Shown here: piece after piece, positions 1-14,394 of the stretch
Position numbering within the stretch: the first letter of the stretch is position 1
How the letters are laid out: the number at the start of each line of letters is the position of its first letter
Origin: the human T2T-CHM13v2.0 reference genome, Homo sapiens
Reading direction: 5' to 3' (one strand)
Assembly (NCBI RefSeq): GCF_009914755.1
Contig: NC_060942.1
Length of the DNA stretch: 64,000 nt
Program-made: the position numbers and the translations under genes
The notes under the pieces: model-generated
The model's database searches: none
What the model saw: only the letters and a program-made list of their open reading frames with translations
Told to the model about the DNA's origin: nothing

Positions 1-86
1 CTGTAAGCCGAATAAACCTATTTTCTGTATAAATTACCCAGCCTCAGGTGATTATTTTATTGCAATGCAAAATGGACTAAGATACA
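1..86 (+). mobile_element. MaLR LTR 3' end (MSTB/MSTD-like), truncated by window edge
   Basis: aataaacct...aaattacccagcctcagg...aaaatggactaagataca matches the recalled MST LTR 3' terminus. Confidence 0.75.
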
Positions 87-104
87 TAGCCTCTAGCTGT
101 CCAA

Positions 105-819
105 GCCATGCTTTTCTTATCTAAACATGCAAAGAAACGAGTAGCTCCCTGCAGTCATAACCACTCATTATAAACCTCCAAAACCGCAGCCCTCACTGGT
201 GACTTTTCAGCCACTGCACACCCAAAGGTCACGTTCTCTCATAGCAGCAAGGCATCCCTGGTACTCCCACAGCTAGAGAGACCAGAGAACTCACTCGTAA
301 GAAACAATAAATCTTTCTGAGTTTCTCTTCAAAGTGTTTAGCCTGTTAACTTCCTTATCCTTTGTTCTCAAACTCAACTTTCTTGTTCTTCCTTGCCCCT
401 ACTTACCGTAAACAGCCTTCCCCTTCACATCAGCTCTAATCAATAACTCACATCTGTTCCCTTGGTTACCTGTACCCATTGTTCCCCCACAACTGCACGT
501 CTCACACGATCCACCTCTGTACCTCACGTCCCCCTCCCCTGCTATATTTAGGAAAATATGTACAAGTAGCCAATCGGGTCAGCTCAGACTGTGCGGTCCG
601 ACCCCAGCCCATGTGGGAGTGGCACAGGGATAGGGACTGCGTTAAGGATAAAAATATCCTGGTGTCCTTTGTTCTGTGTGTACTTGTGATCTCGATTGAC
701 GTGAGTGACACCCTTCTGCAGAAGTAAATTGCCTTGCTGAGAGGATTAAACTTTTGCCTGAGTGCTGGTTTTACTTTGCAGCACCAAGCATTTATTCCTG
801 GAGTATTTTATATCCAACA
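105..819 (+). mobile_element. ERV1 LTR, LTR10 family (HERV-I)
   Basis: 3' part gaagtaaattgccttgctgagagg...gcaccaagcatttattcctgg...tatccaaca matches recalled LTR10; CCAAT at ~570; left boundary uncertain. Confidence 0.65.
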
Positions 820-829
820 TCACTACAAA

Positions 830-1200
830 AGAGAACAGAGCTCTAGACCCAAAAGAAACCTCCCCTTGACTCTTGGGACTCCATATGGAAGGCAGAAGAC
901 CCCCAAAAGGGGGTGTGTGACACCTTTTTCTATGTTCTTAAGGGGTCTCAGGGTTGCTAGAAGTCTCCTCTAGATTCTTCACGTGGTCTTGAAGATAGCA
1001 AATGAAGGAGGAGCAGCAGCGGAAGGAAATTGAAAACTAAGTCTTAGAGGAGCCAAACTGGGGCAATTTCAAGCTTTCCAAAATGCAAAAATCATACCAA
1101 CAAGAAACGCACCACACAGAGGGACCAAACATATAAATTTTTTGCAAGGGGGGATGCTCAGTCAACTGAAAACAAATTCTCAGATACAGGATGCAAAAAG
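830..1200. mobile_element. ERV1 (MER4-group) internal fragment
   Basis: Resembles MER4-group internal sequence from memory; family unresolved. Confidence 0.35.
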
Positions 1201-1208
1201 AGAAGAAA

Positions 1209-1520
1209 GCTGGGTGTGGTGTGGTGGCTCACACCTGTAATCCCAACACTTTGGAAGGCTGAGGCAGAGGTACCACTGCTTGAGCCTGGGAGTTCGAGAC
1301 CAGCCTGAGCAACATAGTGAGACTTCGTCTTTACAAAAAGTTTTAAAAATTAGCCAGGTGTGGTGGTATGCGCCTGTAGTGCCAAATACAATGGGAGGCT
1401 GAGGTGGGAGGATTTCCTGAGCCCAGAGGTCAGGGCTGCAGAGAACCACGATAGTGACACTCTACTCCAGCCTGGGCAACAGAGTAAGACTCTGTCTCAA
1501 AAAAATAAGAAATAAAAAAA
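1209..1520 (+). mobile_element. AluJ
   Basis: Dimeric Alu, gctcacacctgtaatccc..., A-rich linker and tail, diverged. Confidence 0.9.
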
Positions 1521-1610
1521 ATCAGCTTTTTTTCCCCCACACACAACACAGCCATAATACCAGCTTTTAATTAAGCTGAGTTCTGACCACAGAGTTCATT
1601 AATTGATTAA

Positions 1611-1778
<168 letters not shown>

Positions 1779-2124
1779 TCCTCTTCAAGTTCTTTTACTT
1801 TTGCTTCTGCTGCTAGCTGGGCTTCCATTCTGTTCACATTCTGTTCACGGAGGTGGCAGCCCCCCTGCAGGGCTGTTTGCCCCTTTCTGCCCTCCCTTGC
1901 CGCAGTGAGGTAGGTGGCTCTCGGATAAAGGTCATTCTAAGCCTGCCAGCATTTGGGGAGCATCCCTGTACTTACACCATGGTCCACAAGCATCTAAAAC
2001 GTGAGCTGCACCGTTCCACACAGATGTGGCACCACCCTGGGGTCTCCCCCAAGGATGCTTCAGTGCCTTTATCCATTTCTTGGTCTCAGTTCCTGGCTAG
2101 TTCACCAAATGTTCTGCAGTAAGC

Positions 2125-2290
2125 TGGGCTGTGCAAACCTGCTCCCAAAGACTGAGGGAGCTGAAAGGCCAAAGAAAGAGGCTGACAATTCCAGTTTCTC
2201 AGAAAGAAACATTTAATAGGGACTTAACAAACAGAAGCCATGTCTCAGGCAGCTGCAAGATGGTGGAACCCTGCAACAGCCCTCCAGGAA
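2125..2290 (-). mobile_element. ERV1 LTR fragment (LTR15-like); may continue at ~2960-3057
   Basis: gtgcaaacctgctcccaaag...gaaagaggctgac...agaaagaaacatttaatagggactta resembles a recalled consensus. Confidence 0.5.
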
Positions 2291-2297
2291 AAAATTT

Positions 2298-2660
2298 TGT
2301 ATATATATATATATACAAATTTATATATATACACACAAATATGTATATACTATATGTATAAATATATAATTATATACTTGTATATAAATATATAATTATA
2401 TACTTGTATATAAATATATAATTATATACTTGTATATAATTATATAATTATATACTTGTATATAATTATATAATTATATACTTGTATATAATTATATACT
2501 TGTATATATTATATAATTATATACAAGTATATATTATATAATTATATACTTGTATATAAATATATAATTATATACTTGTATATAAATATATAATATATAC
2601 TTGTATATATTATATATATACAAATTTTGTATCTATATTATATATTATATATATTATATA
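2298..2660. repeat. AT-rich minisatellite, ~26-bp unit TATATAATTATATACTTGTATATAAA
   Basis: Repeated tatataattatatacttgtata units are directly visible; one unit is inverted (tatacaagta, ~2520-2529). Confidence 0.95.
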
Positions 2661-2805
2661 TGGCAAATAGAAGCCAATTCAATCTTTAAACTAAGTTATT
2701 GTAATTTTGTCTTCTGAGAGCTCTAAAGTGAAAACAATACAATATATTATATATTTTATATATTTTTAAATATATATTTAATATATTTTTTGAATATATA
2801 TTTTA

Positions 2806-2952
2806 AGATAGAGTTTCGCTCTATCTCCCAGGCTGGAGTGCAGTGACATGATCATGCCTCACTGAAGTCTTGATCTCCTGGGCTCAAGTGATCCTCCCAC
2901 CTCAGCCTCCCAGGTTGCTATTAATAGATAACAGGTATGAGCCACTGCCACA
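2806..2952 (-). mobile_element. Alu monomer (FRAM/AluJ)
   Basis: Antisense Alu right-arm sequence. Confidence 0.8.
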
Positions 2953-3057
2953 AGCTTTTTCGGTAAAACGTGTAGCTGGTCACGCCTCAGACTTTTTGTG
3001 AAACCTATGACCACTGGAAAGGTCCAATAAACATCTCTATGAGGGATTATCTATGCC

Positions 3058-3185
3058 TGAGACAGATTCTCACTTGTAGCCCAGGCTAGAGTCAGTGGTG
3101 TGATCGTAGCTCACGGCTCACTGTAAGCTCGAATTCCTGGCTTAAGCAATCCTCTCACCCCAGCCTTCCGAGTAGCTAGGACTAC
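3058..3185 (-). mobile_element. Alu fragment
   Basis: gagacaga...cccaggctagag...cctcccgagtagct-like. Confidence 0.75.
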
Positions 3186-3250
3186 TCTTAGGTTCTTACC
3201 CAAGAGGAATAAAAACAGATGTTCACAAAAAGATTTGTACAAGAATGTTC

Positions 3251-3676
3251 TGTCAGGAGACAATTCTCCGTACGTCTCTGGTATTTTACACATCTTGTGA
3301 GCAGAAGTACTGGCTGCCTTTTTCTGAGGTATCTGTGTGTTTGCACAGAGAACAGCCTTGGAAGGTAACAATAATGTCGCCCTCCAGGGCAATTATAAAA
3401 GATTAGGAATCCTAAAGCTCAGGGTTTCTCTCTTGTAACACCTGCATAACTGTATGCAGATGTCACTTGGCTCTCTCCATGTCACCCTGTGGAAACTGGA
3501 GCCTAGAGGGAACTCTCACAAATTCCGATAACTGTGGCCACTGCTATTGCTATGAGCAGGAAAACTGTCACTCACTCAGGAGTCTTGTGTTATCTGCCAG
3601 CATCCATGAAATTGCAGCAGGCTAATTTGTAATCTTGCAAATAGGATAACATTCAGACCCTGCATAGTTCTTGGCA
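3251..3676 (+). mobile_element. ERVL-class solo LTR (LTR47-like)
   Basis: TG...CA termini (tgtcaggagacaattctcc...gttcttggca); same family as 15431-15939 in the opposite orientation. Confidence 0.6.
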
Positions 3677-3706
3677 TGTTTGTAGCAGCTTCTTTCCTAA
3701 TTGTCC

Positions 3707-4119
3707 TGTTAAACAAGGTTTATGGGAGGCTGTTGTTTTGGACTAGTCTCCTGCACTGGGCCCCAGGAGACTAGATCAAACCAGAATGTAGTCACTTGTA
3801 CTAACTGCCACATAATCAAACTGAACATTGACATGGGCGAGTTTTCCTAAAAATCAGGAGATTCCAGTCAATTTGAGTCAGTATAATAAGGAATTTACCT
3901 CTGTTCAGTGCTGCAAGGAAAGTGACTGAAAAGACCCATCTGCTTTTGTCTTTGCTTCTGCCTTCTTTAGCCCTTCCCTGCCTATAAAGCCAGTGCCTCC
4001 ACCCAGCTCATTGAAACGCTCCTTCCACTTTATAGAATGAGGTGCTGCCTGATTCCATGATGGCAAATACAAGCCAATTCAATCTTTAAACTAAGTTATC
4101 GTAATTTTGTCTTCCGACA
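3707..4119 (+). mobile_element. ERV1 solo LTR (LTR54/LTR56-like)
   Basis: tgttaaacaaggtttatgggagg...ttttgtcttccgaca; TATA cctataaag; flanks gtcc/gccc suggest a 4-bp TSD. Confidence 0.6.
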
Positions 4120-4229
4120 GCCCTAAAGTGGAAACAACACAAATGTCCATCAACTGGAGAAGAGATCAAATGAGTTGTGCTATACTTAAATGATGTAATA
4201 CCACTCAGCCATAACAAGGAATGAACTAT

Positions 4230-4760
4230 GGAGACCAACCTGGGCAACATGGTGAAACCTTGTTTCTAAAAATAAACAAAAATTAGCCAGGCATGGTGGC
4301 GCATGCCTGTAGTCCCAGTTACTCAGGAGGCTAAGGTTGGAGGATCACCTGAGCCTGGGGAGGTCGAGGCTGCAGTAAGCCGTGATCATGCCACGGCACT
4401 CCAGCCGGGGCGGCAGAGTGAAACCCTGTCTCAAAAACAAACAAAGGAATGAACTGGCCAGACACAGTGGCACACACCTGTAATCTCAGTGCTTTGGGAG
4501 GCTGAGGAGGGAGGATTGCTTGAGGTCAGGAGTTTGAGACAAGCCTGGGCAACACAGTGAGACCCCGTCTCAACAACAACAAAAAAATATTTTAATTAGT
4601 TGGGCATGGTGGTATGCAACTATAGTCCCAGCTACTCAGGATGCTGAAGCAGGAGGATCACTTGAGCCCGGAATATTGAGGCTGCAGTGAGCTGTGATTG
4701 TGCCACTGCCCTCCAGCCTGGATGACAGAGCAAGATCTTATCCTAAAAAAAAAAAAAAAT
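4230..4760 (+). mobile_element. Two AluJ elements (5'-truncated 4230-4445; 4456-4760)
   Basis: Alu arms with A tails. Confidence 0.9.
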
Positions 4761-5231
4761 TAAGTTAAAAAATTTTAAAATAATAAATAAAATGAAAACA
4801 GATTTGAACTGCTGAAACACACAACATGAATGAATCTCAAAAACAGGCTGAGCAAAAGAAGCCTTACATAAAATAGTGCTGTGTGATGGCACTTACATGA
4901 AGTTCTAGAATAGGCACGACTAATCTATGGTATGAAAATTAGGACAGTAGTTATTTCTACGTATGGGCAAAGCTGGGGACTGATTAGGAAGGTGCACAAA
5001 GGAACCTTCTTGGGTCATGAAATGTTTTCTAGATAGGGGTTGGGTGCAGTTTTGCATTTTTAAAGACTCATAGAATGAATGATACAGTTAATATCTGTCT
5101 ATGTCACTATATGTGAATTTTACCTTGAAATAAAAACAACACTATAAAAATGCAATGATCTAGATAAGTATTTGCAAGCTGAAGTGTTTTTGGGATATAC
5201 TGTACTCAGGTCTGCAACTTTCTTGCTTTTA

Positions 5232-5513
<282 letters not shown>

Positions 5514-5557
5514 AGTTTTGCAACTTGCTTTGAAATGCATTTAAAAATAAGATAAAT

Positions 5558-5838
<281 letters not shown>

Positions 5839-7904
5839 AGATGAATTGATGGATGGATGGGTACATGGATAGAGAATGGAGAGAAAGGTGATGAAACAAA
5901 TAGAACAGCATATTGACAATTGTAGAATTTAATGATTGGGTATACCACTGTGCAACTCTTTCAACTTTTCTATATATGTGAAAATTTTCATAATAAAATA
6001 TTGGAGAAAAAGGCATATAAAAATTCTAATGGGGTTAGAGAGATTGTACTGTGAAAGGAGTTTGTTAATGAAAATAAGGTTGGGAAATAGCCCTCAAAGC
6101 TAAGTTTCTCAGTCTTTTCAATTATTATCAATAAGCTATCAATTCAGAGATGTCTGCCAGACAAGAAAGAGACAGAGAAGGGAGAGAAATGAAAGAGGAT
6201 GGCAAGATTTCTAGCTTGGTATAAAAGGAATATTTCAAGTGTGTCCATTTGCTACATAAAACTTTACTAATAAAAAAGGAAGTATCTTTTAAAATTATCC
6301 TGGACAAGTTTGTAAGTAATATGATTCATACAAATCATCCCCTAACACCACCGAAATTCTGATAAATCAATGAAAATTTTATTACATTATGAACATGTAT
6401 TATATATTATTATTGTGCAAGGCTAGATACTTCAATTTATGACACTATTGTATTACTTTTTTTTGCATGTTGTATTTTTTAATTTATAAAAATCATTTTG
6501 GTTATATCTGTAATGTTTTTAATGATGAAATAAATTATTATATTATTTCATTGGGGAAAAATATGATTTACTTCATATCACAGTTCTCAGCAACCATTTT
6601 GCGAAAATAAGTTACTACTTATATTTGAAATACAGAATTATATTAGGATAATTGTCTTACTATTTATATTCTATGTGAGGAAATTGGATTGGATGATCAT
6701 AGATCTTTTTAGCCCAATATCCTATTCTTTTTTCTGTTTCCTGAGCAGAAAATAAAAATCACAGCTGATTTTTTTCCTTCCAAACAGAAACCATCATTGT
6801 TTTCTTCCCCCATATTGCATCACTTTCATAAATAGTTCAAACAATACAGAGACAGAACATGTTCTCATGCATATTCCATCCAGATAACGAACACTTTGCT
6901 GTTTGCTGTATGTCATAAATATGATTCATGCCAAAAATTTAAAATCTGTCTTTTAAAAACTATACACAGTATTCTACTGCAATATATATATTTTAATTGA
7001 CTTATTCAAGCCCGTGTTGATGGAGCTTTCATTATTAAAAATAACAATAGTCTAAATATTCTTGTGCATGCCACACTTGTCCTATTATAACCTTAGACTA
7101 CGTTTTTGGATCACAGTCTATGTATATTTAAAATTTTGTTAGATATCCTAAATTTCTCTCTAGGGAGCCTACACCAATTTACAGTTCCACCAACCATGTT
7201 AGGTTTTAGTTACTGCTTCAGCTTCTAGAACCCTGCAGCTTACTTCACAACTTAAACTGCTTAACAAAGGAACTCTGAGATATTCACTAGTAGGACATTT
7301 CACATCCTTTGTTTACCAGATACTGCCATTTAAATCAAAGACTTCAAAAATATTGAAGGATATTTCAATTGATCATCTTTTCTTGTAATTAGACTCCCTA
7401 AGGAGTGGTAACCCACTCTAGTTTTAAAAGCCTATCATTTTGAAAGCCTGCAACAGCCACTATAAGGAAATCCTTTTGATGGCAAACTTCAAAGCCCTGT
7501 TTTGGTTAAGGCTCTTTTCTTTGTGTTTCAACTTCAGGAAAAAGATGAAATACCTGATTGCTTTACTTGAAGACTAAAAATTTAGTCATTAAAGGCACGT
7601 CTCCACAAGCACAGCTGAATCCAACAGGACTGAAACACTGCATTCCTTAAATAAAGACTGACATCTCTTCTCCTGTTTGGAAAGCTCTGTGCTAGGTATG
7701 AATGGAAAAGAAGGAGAAAATGGGAAGGGAGAGGGCCAGTGACCTAATATCTGTTTGAAAAAATTACTAAATAAAACTATTAAGTGCTTCGGAAAGATTG
7801 GGAGCTGAAGTGAATGTTTCTGGCTGAGTCACAAATAGCATATCTACATGTTGCAGCCAGAGGCAGAACCACAGATAGAGCAGTGAATCGGAATGTCTAT
7901 GCTC

Positions 7905-8160
7905 CATTAAACAACCCTCTGCAAATCATACTATCACAGGCCTTGTTCAATCCAGCCAGGCCACAGACTTTAGAGAGGTTTAAAAACTTACTCAAGGTCA
8001 CCTGTAAACAGTAAGTGGCAAATTCCAGACCGAACCCAAAGTCTATTTGATTGTGAGACTCCACTTCATTGCCTTGGTCCATATTATTTCACGTAAGTGT
8101 CCGAACAACCCTAAAAAGTAGTTAGCATTAACACCATTTTTGCAAATGACCTAACAAAGG
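7905..8160. mobile_element. MIR fragments
   Basis: MIR core agaggtt...acttactcaaggtcac...gtaagtggc...gaaccca. Confidence 0.6.
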
Positions 8161-8163
8161 TTA

Positions 8164-8776
<613 letters not shown>

Positions 8777-8784
8777 TCATAAAG

Positions 8785-9006
8785 CATAGATCAGCAAAGT
8801 ATGGCTCATGGGCCAAATTCAGTCTTTCACTTGTTTTTCTAAATAAAGTTATTTTGGAACACAGCCATATTCATTTGCTTACATACGGTCTATGGTTGCT
8901 TTTTCACTATAAACAGCAGAGTTGAGTAGTGCAACAGAGACCATATGGACTGCAAAACCTAAAGTGCTTAGTATCTGGCCCTTTAAGAAAAAGTTTGCTG
9001 ACCCTG
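8785..9006. mobile_element. MER58A (hAT-Charlie)
   Basis: gatcagcaaa...gggccaaattc...aataaagttattttggaacacagccat...aaagtttgctgaccctg. Confidence 0.85.
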
Positions 9007-9119
9007 ACATAAAGCAGGAATTAGAGCCAACATTCAAACTCAGTTCTGTCAAATACCAAAAATTCTGTGCCACGTTATCTAGTCTAAGTATGCCTGCTCA
9101 TTGTGTATACAGATTTTTG

Positions 9120-9450
9120 CAAAGTGTTTGACAGTATTTTTCGTATCCTTGTGGATAAGTTAAAGTAATGTGGCCTGGATGAGTACAGTCACTTGCTAAT
9201 TCAGTGTCTATGAGTAGAGGTTCTCCCAGCATCATCCTAACTGTGACTGCCTGGTCAAATCACATCTGGGTTGTATATACGATATTTTGGTGAATCATCT
9301 TGGAGTTGAGGAGAGGTTTCTTTAATGACTGGTAGAAAACTTGAAGGGAATTCTTTGTTGATTGTCCATCAAAAGCTAGCCAAGCTCAATCCTTCCATGA
9401 AAGTAATACAACTTAAGATGTCTGGTTATAGACTGAAACAGGAAAAGCTT
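9120..9450 (+). mobile_element. L3/CR1 fragment
   Basis: atccttgtggataag...aatgtggcctggatga resembles recalled L3. Confidence 0.45.
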
Positions 9451-9530
9451 GAATAGGATTCTCTGTGGTAAAGAATTTGCCAACTTCCACCTAAAGGCAA
9501 TAGTCTCTAATCCCTCCTAGAAGCCAACCC

Positions 9531-9898
9531 TCTGTTCTCATGCTGTTATGAAGAAATAATCAAGACTGAGTAATTTATGAAGGAAAGAGGTTTAATTGCC
9601 TCACAGTTCAGAATGGCTGGGAAAGTCTCAGGAAACTTACAATCATGGCAAAAGGGGAAGCCAACATGTCCTTCTTCACAAGGCAGCAGGAGAGAGAGAA
9701 GTGGTGAGCAAAGGGGAAAAAGCCCCGTATAAAACCATCAGATCTTGTGAGAACTCACTCACTATCATGAGAACAGCATGGGGGTAACCACCCTCATGAT
9801 TCAACTACCTCTCACCAGGTCCCTCCCATGACCTGTGGGAATTATGGGAACTACAATTCAAGATGAGATTTGGGTGATGACACAGCCAAACCATATCA
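9531..9898 (-). mobile_element. THE1 (C/D-like) MaLR LTR
   Basis: Ends gggaactacaattcaagatgagatttgggt...acagccaaaccatatca. Confidence 0.9.
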
Positions 9899-10199
9899 CC
9901 AACAAAATGACAATGAAGCATTAAATAAAATAAAAACCACAAGCCCACAAGGACAAAGAGAATGGGAGAGAGGAGACAAAAATAATGACATTTGGAAGCT
10001 ACAAAGCGATTGATATGCTAACCACTTTGGCCAACCCAGCCACGAAGCAAGTCAATTTACTGTGAAATTCCCCCAGAAAGCTCAGAAATTAGAAACAGTA
10101 GGCAAAAAGTTCAAGAGCTAAAACCAGGAGGATTGGGTGAAAGTCTTTTTAAGAAATAATCAGTCCCCACGTTTTATCCCTATTCCATGTGTTCATCCA

Positions 10200-11940
10200 C
10201 ATACCTCCACTCCAGGCCTCCTTATCGCCAATGTTCCAGGCTTTTTCTTTTCAGATCCCTGAGCAGACGGCCAGGCAATCGGCTTGGGCATGGGAAATGG
10301 GCAAGAAATTATGACTTTATGGGGGATGACTTTCTTTGGACTCCTAATGGTTCATATTTGCTTCCTTTTTTGGGTATCAATATCAAGTAGCAGCTCGTTA
10401 GCCGCCTGCTTATTTTTCCCTAAGGGACAGCATGTGCTGTTAACCACCTTTATAACTCCTCGTTGGCTGCGCCCCATGGCTGTCCCTTTGACCTTACTGG
10501 TCACTATGTTAAATGAAGCCTCTTGGCCTCTGGATGTTAAGTGCTGCTGCCTAACCTATATTATGTCAAGGCCCCATTTTCCCCATGAATATTGGCAAGT
10601 CCAGCTCTGTGCCTGTCTCTCCTACCATCATTCCTGACTTGCAAAGGAGGAGATCACTGAACACCTTAGTAATGCTGGTGCCCCTCTAGCAAGCACATGT
10701 CTAATGGCCTTGGTGGATGGCACATCCTGGGGCCCTCCTGGGGAACATGGCCCTCTGGGGGGTCTTCTGGCCTCACGTATTATACCCATTCCAACACAGC
10801 CTCACATATTATACCCATTCCAACTTCCCTCAACCTCTTCATTCTTTCCTCTACCATCTCCCAGGGAAACTCAGACATTTCTGCTTCACCGAGTGTTAGT
10901 CATTGCTTTTTCTAGGCTTCTAAATTATTGCTTTTCCTAGCCTTTCTAGGCTTTTGAACTAAAAAAGTTTGCCCTGTTCCTTGGGATTTTTACCATGTTA
11001 AATCTTATGTCTTGAGAAAATGTTCCAGAATAATGAATTCTTGCTTATCCAGTCTTTCATTCTGATCTCTTGAACAGGAACGCTCAAAATCCAATTCCAG
11101 TAGTACTCCCTTGACTCCTAATAGTACACGCTAGCCAATTCCAGCAACTCCTTTAGTAGCATCTCTTTCCCCCACTATCAGGCCCAGCATGTCCCTGCCA
11201 GGCTATGCTGGGATTCAATTCTAGTTATTGGCTTGGAACTCAGGACAGCTAGCGGCAGTAGCTACTGAGGGATACCCCTCTTATATTGTCAGGGAGAGGC
11301 CTATGCAATGATTTCCATCATGGAAGAACTGTCAGCTCTTACTGTGGAAGGTTGGCACCTTTGAAAGTGTGGGGGGTGGGTACAGTGTCAACATCTTTAA
11401 AGGTGAACATCCAGTTGTCTCCATTCCATATTTCAGAGTCCCAGGTTTTCTCAACCAGGACTCTGCCCTTAGCATAACAGACCTGCTATTGGCTGAGACT
11501 TCAAACATCCTGGAGCTCCACTGTATCTGCTCTCTATTGCAGGAGATAAGGGCCTCCTTGTGTACTCCCAAAAAGGCCTTATGGCTCTTGGCCATTAACT
11601 GCTTATTAATGATGCTCAGTTCCTAATTATCCATCTGTAAGATATTAATACAATTTATCAGCAACTATCCAATTCAGCTGTCATAGAAGGCATTGTTCCC
11701 CTCATAGCTCTCAAATTCCTGAATCATTTTATCTGCAAGAGTGCTCCCCTCCACCTAGACATTTTCCCAGTTCACCACTGGTAAAATCTTTAGCAACTGG
11801 GCTACGAACATGTGCCAGGACTATCTGTGTCCACTTACCCTTCAAGATGGCATCCTTAACACCTGCCAAGTGGTGAGTCAATAAATCCTAACTCCCCATA
11901 TTTTCATCTGTTTTCTAAGACTCCAATTTCTGTACTATGT
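10200..11940 (-). mobile_element. ERVL-class internal region, degraded gag (ERV3-16A3/HERV16-like)
   Basis: Minus-strand translation gives SPWHMFVAQLLKILPVVNWENV*VEG...KEALISC, similar to the ERVL gag N-terminus; stops and frameshifts present. Confidence 0.7.
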
Positions 11941-12517
11941 CTGTTAGTAAGAGTCTGCTGAGAGGCAAATGCCAAGATGGGACAAGAAGACATCCAAGAG
12001 ATATAAATTAGGTAAAACAGCCTTGAGAGAAAATTGGGAAGATACTGGTGGAAACTGGGAGAGATAACAGTCATGACACATGTGTTAAACTTGTAAATAG
12101 AGGGAGGAAGAAAGGAAAGACAAAAGGGTGGGAGAGGAGGAAGGGAGAGGAGAGAAAGGAAAGAAGGAAGAAGGAAGGAAGAAAGGGAAGAAGAAAGGTT
12201 AGAAGGAAGGAAGAAAGGAAGGGAAGAATGAAGCAAGGAAGGAATAGAATTCATAAACTACAGTGCAGTTCTAAGAAAGTTTTGATAAGCCCATGAGGAG
12301 CCTTCAAGCCAAAGACTCCCATGAGATGAATCCTGCTTCTTGTAGGAATTGTCCTGCTTTAGTATTCCTGCAACTCTTAGTAATTGACTAAGCCAATGGG
12401 AAGACTGGTCTTGGCAAGAATGCAGTGATGCATTCGGAACAGAGTATCTGGAGCAATCAATCAGTTGTGATCCCTTCAGTCAGAGACCCAAGAGCTATAT
12501 TCTTCATGGCTGCCACA
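11941..12517 (-). mobile_element. LTR33 (ERVL), with expanded GA-rich tract at 12100-12250
   Basis: Reverse complement starts tgtggcagccatgaag; contains aaactttcttagaactgcactg; abuts the gag remnant as its 5' LTR. Confidence 0.75.
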
Positions 12518-12640
12518 CTTTATATGCCCAAGGGAAAGGAGGAACCATCTTTTGCAGGAATTCAGGTATCTGACACATGCAACAAAATGGCCCAGCCTGA
12601 CCACCTGACAATGAATGAGGCCCACAAGTCCCAAGCCCTA

Positions 12641-12946
<306 letters not shown>

Positions 12947-13033
12947 TTAAAGTTCTACCCTTTTAAATAAACTTGGACAGTCAAGGATTACTGAACATTT
13001 AAGGAAAGTTTGTAATAAGAAATTCAGAGATCA

Positions 13034-13397
<364 letters not shown>

Positions 13398-13650
13398 TCA
13401 CAACCTGAGAGAATTAGAGATTATTCAAGAAGATATATATTTGTTTTCTGTTAGCCTCAGGAAAATAAGATAGGTTAACTCATGCAAGTAGAAAACCGAA
13501 TTTTTACGTAAAAAAATTTAGAGACCAATAACAACAAAAATTTCTTGGAAATTATGAAAACAGAAATGAAAAACTCAGTAAATACATTGAAAATGAAGAA
13601 ATTTCCCAGAAATTTAAGCAAAAAGACAAATAATTAGAAAATAGGAAGGA

Positions 13651-13792
13651 GGCCAGGTATGGTGGCTCAAGCCTGCAATTCCAGCCCTTTGGGAGGCTGA
13701 GATGGGAGGATCACTTGAGCTCAGGAGTTCAAGAACAGACTGGGCAATACAGAGAGACTCCATCTCTCAAAAAAAAAAAATTCAAAAAAAAA
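13651..13792 (+). mobile_element. Alu left monomer (FLAM-like)
   Basis: Single arm plus A tail. Confidence 0.8.
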
Positions 13793-14394
13793 ATAGGAGA
13801 GAAAAGGCAATAAAAGTAGAGGATCAGTATAAAGATTCAATGCCAAATGATAAGAGTTACAGAAATAGACAACAGAGAAGTGGGGAGGGAAGCATCAATG
13901 AAATAATTTATGAAAATATCCTCAGAACTGAAGTGCATGAGTTCCTTGATTGAGAGCATCCATGAAGTGCCTAACTCCCCCAAATAATAAAATTAATCCA
14001 AACTCTAGATAAATGATTATGAAATTTCATAAAACTAGGGACAAAATAAAGAATCTTAAACCATTTTTTCCCCTCAGAGAGTGGGAAAATTCAAGCATTT
14101 TTCACAGAGGATTAGGAATCAGAGTGACATTGAATTTTTCAACAGCAGTACTAGAAGCTAGGAAAACTGTAGCAAAGCCTTTAATATTCTGAAAAAGAAT
14201 TATTGCCAATCAATATAGCTGGTCAAACCAAGTCAACTAATTGTCCGCATAGAAAAAAGACATTTTAAGATATGCAAGGTCTCAAAAAATGATTCTCTAC
14301 ACATCAATTCTCAAAAAGCTACTAGAACATGTGCTTTGCCAAAATGAAAGGGTAAACCAAGGAAGAAGAAGACATATCCAGGAAAGAAGCAATC

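Larger units (their letters stand above)
3188..5130 (+). mobile_element. Old L1M(E) 3' region, interrupted by two LTRs and two Alus
   Basis: Collinear L1 3' segments: acccaagaggaataaaaacagatgttcacaaaaagatttgtacaagaatgttc, ggaaacaacacaaatgtccatcaactgg, acaacatgaatgaatctcaaaaac. Confidence 0.7.

Noticed and set aside
1856-1873. CTCF-like motif gcagcccccctgcaggg (also gtcgccctccagggc at ~3376)
   Set aside because: Imperfect matches expected by chance; cannot be supported without ChIP data
2298-2660. Regular repeat array as a possible CRISPR-like locus
   Set aside because: Eukaryotic low-complexity tandem repeat with no unique spacers and no cas genes
10770-10824. 29-bp-period tandem duplication in the gag remnant
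   Set aside because: Ordinary slippage duplication in a dead element
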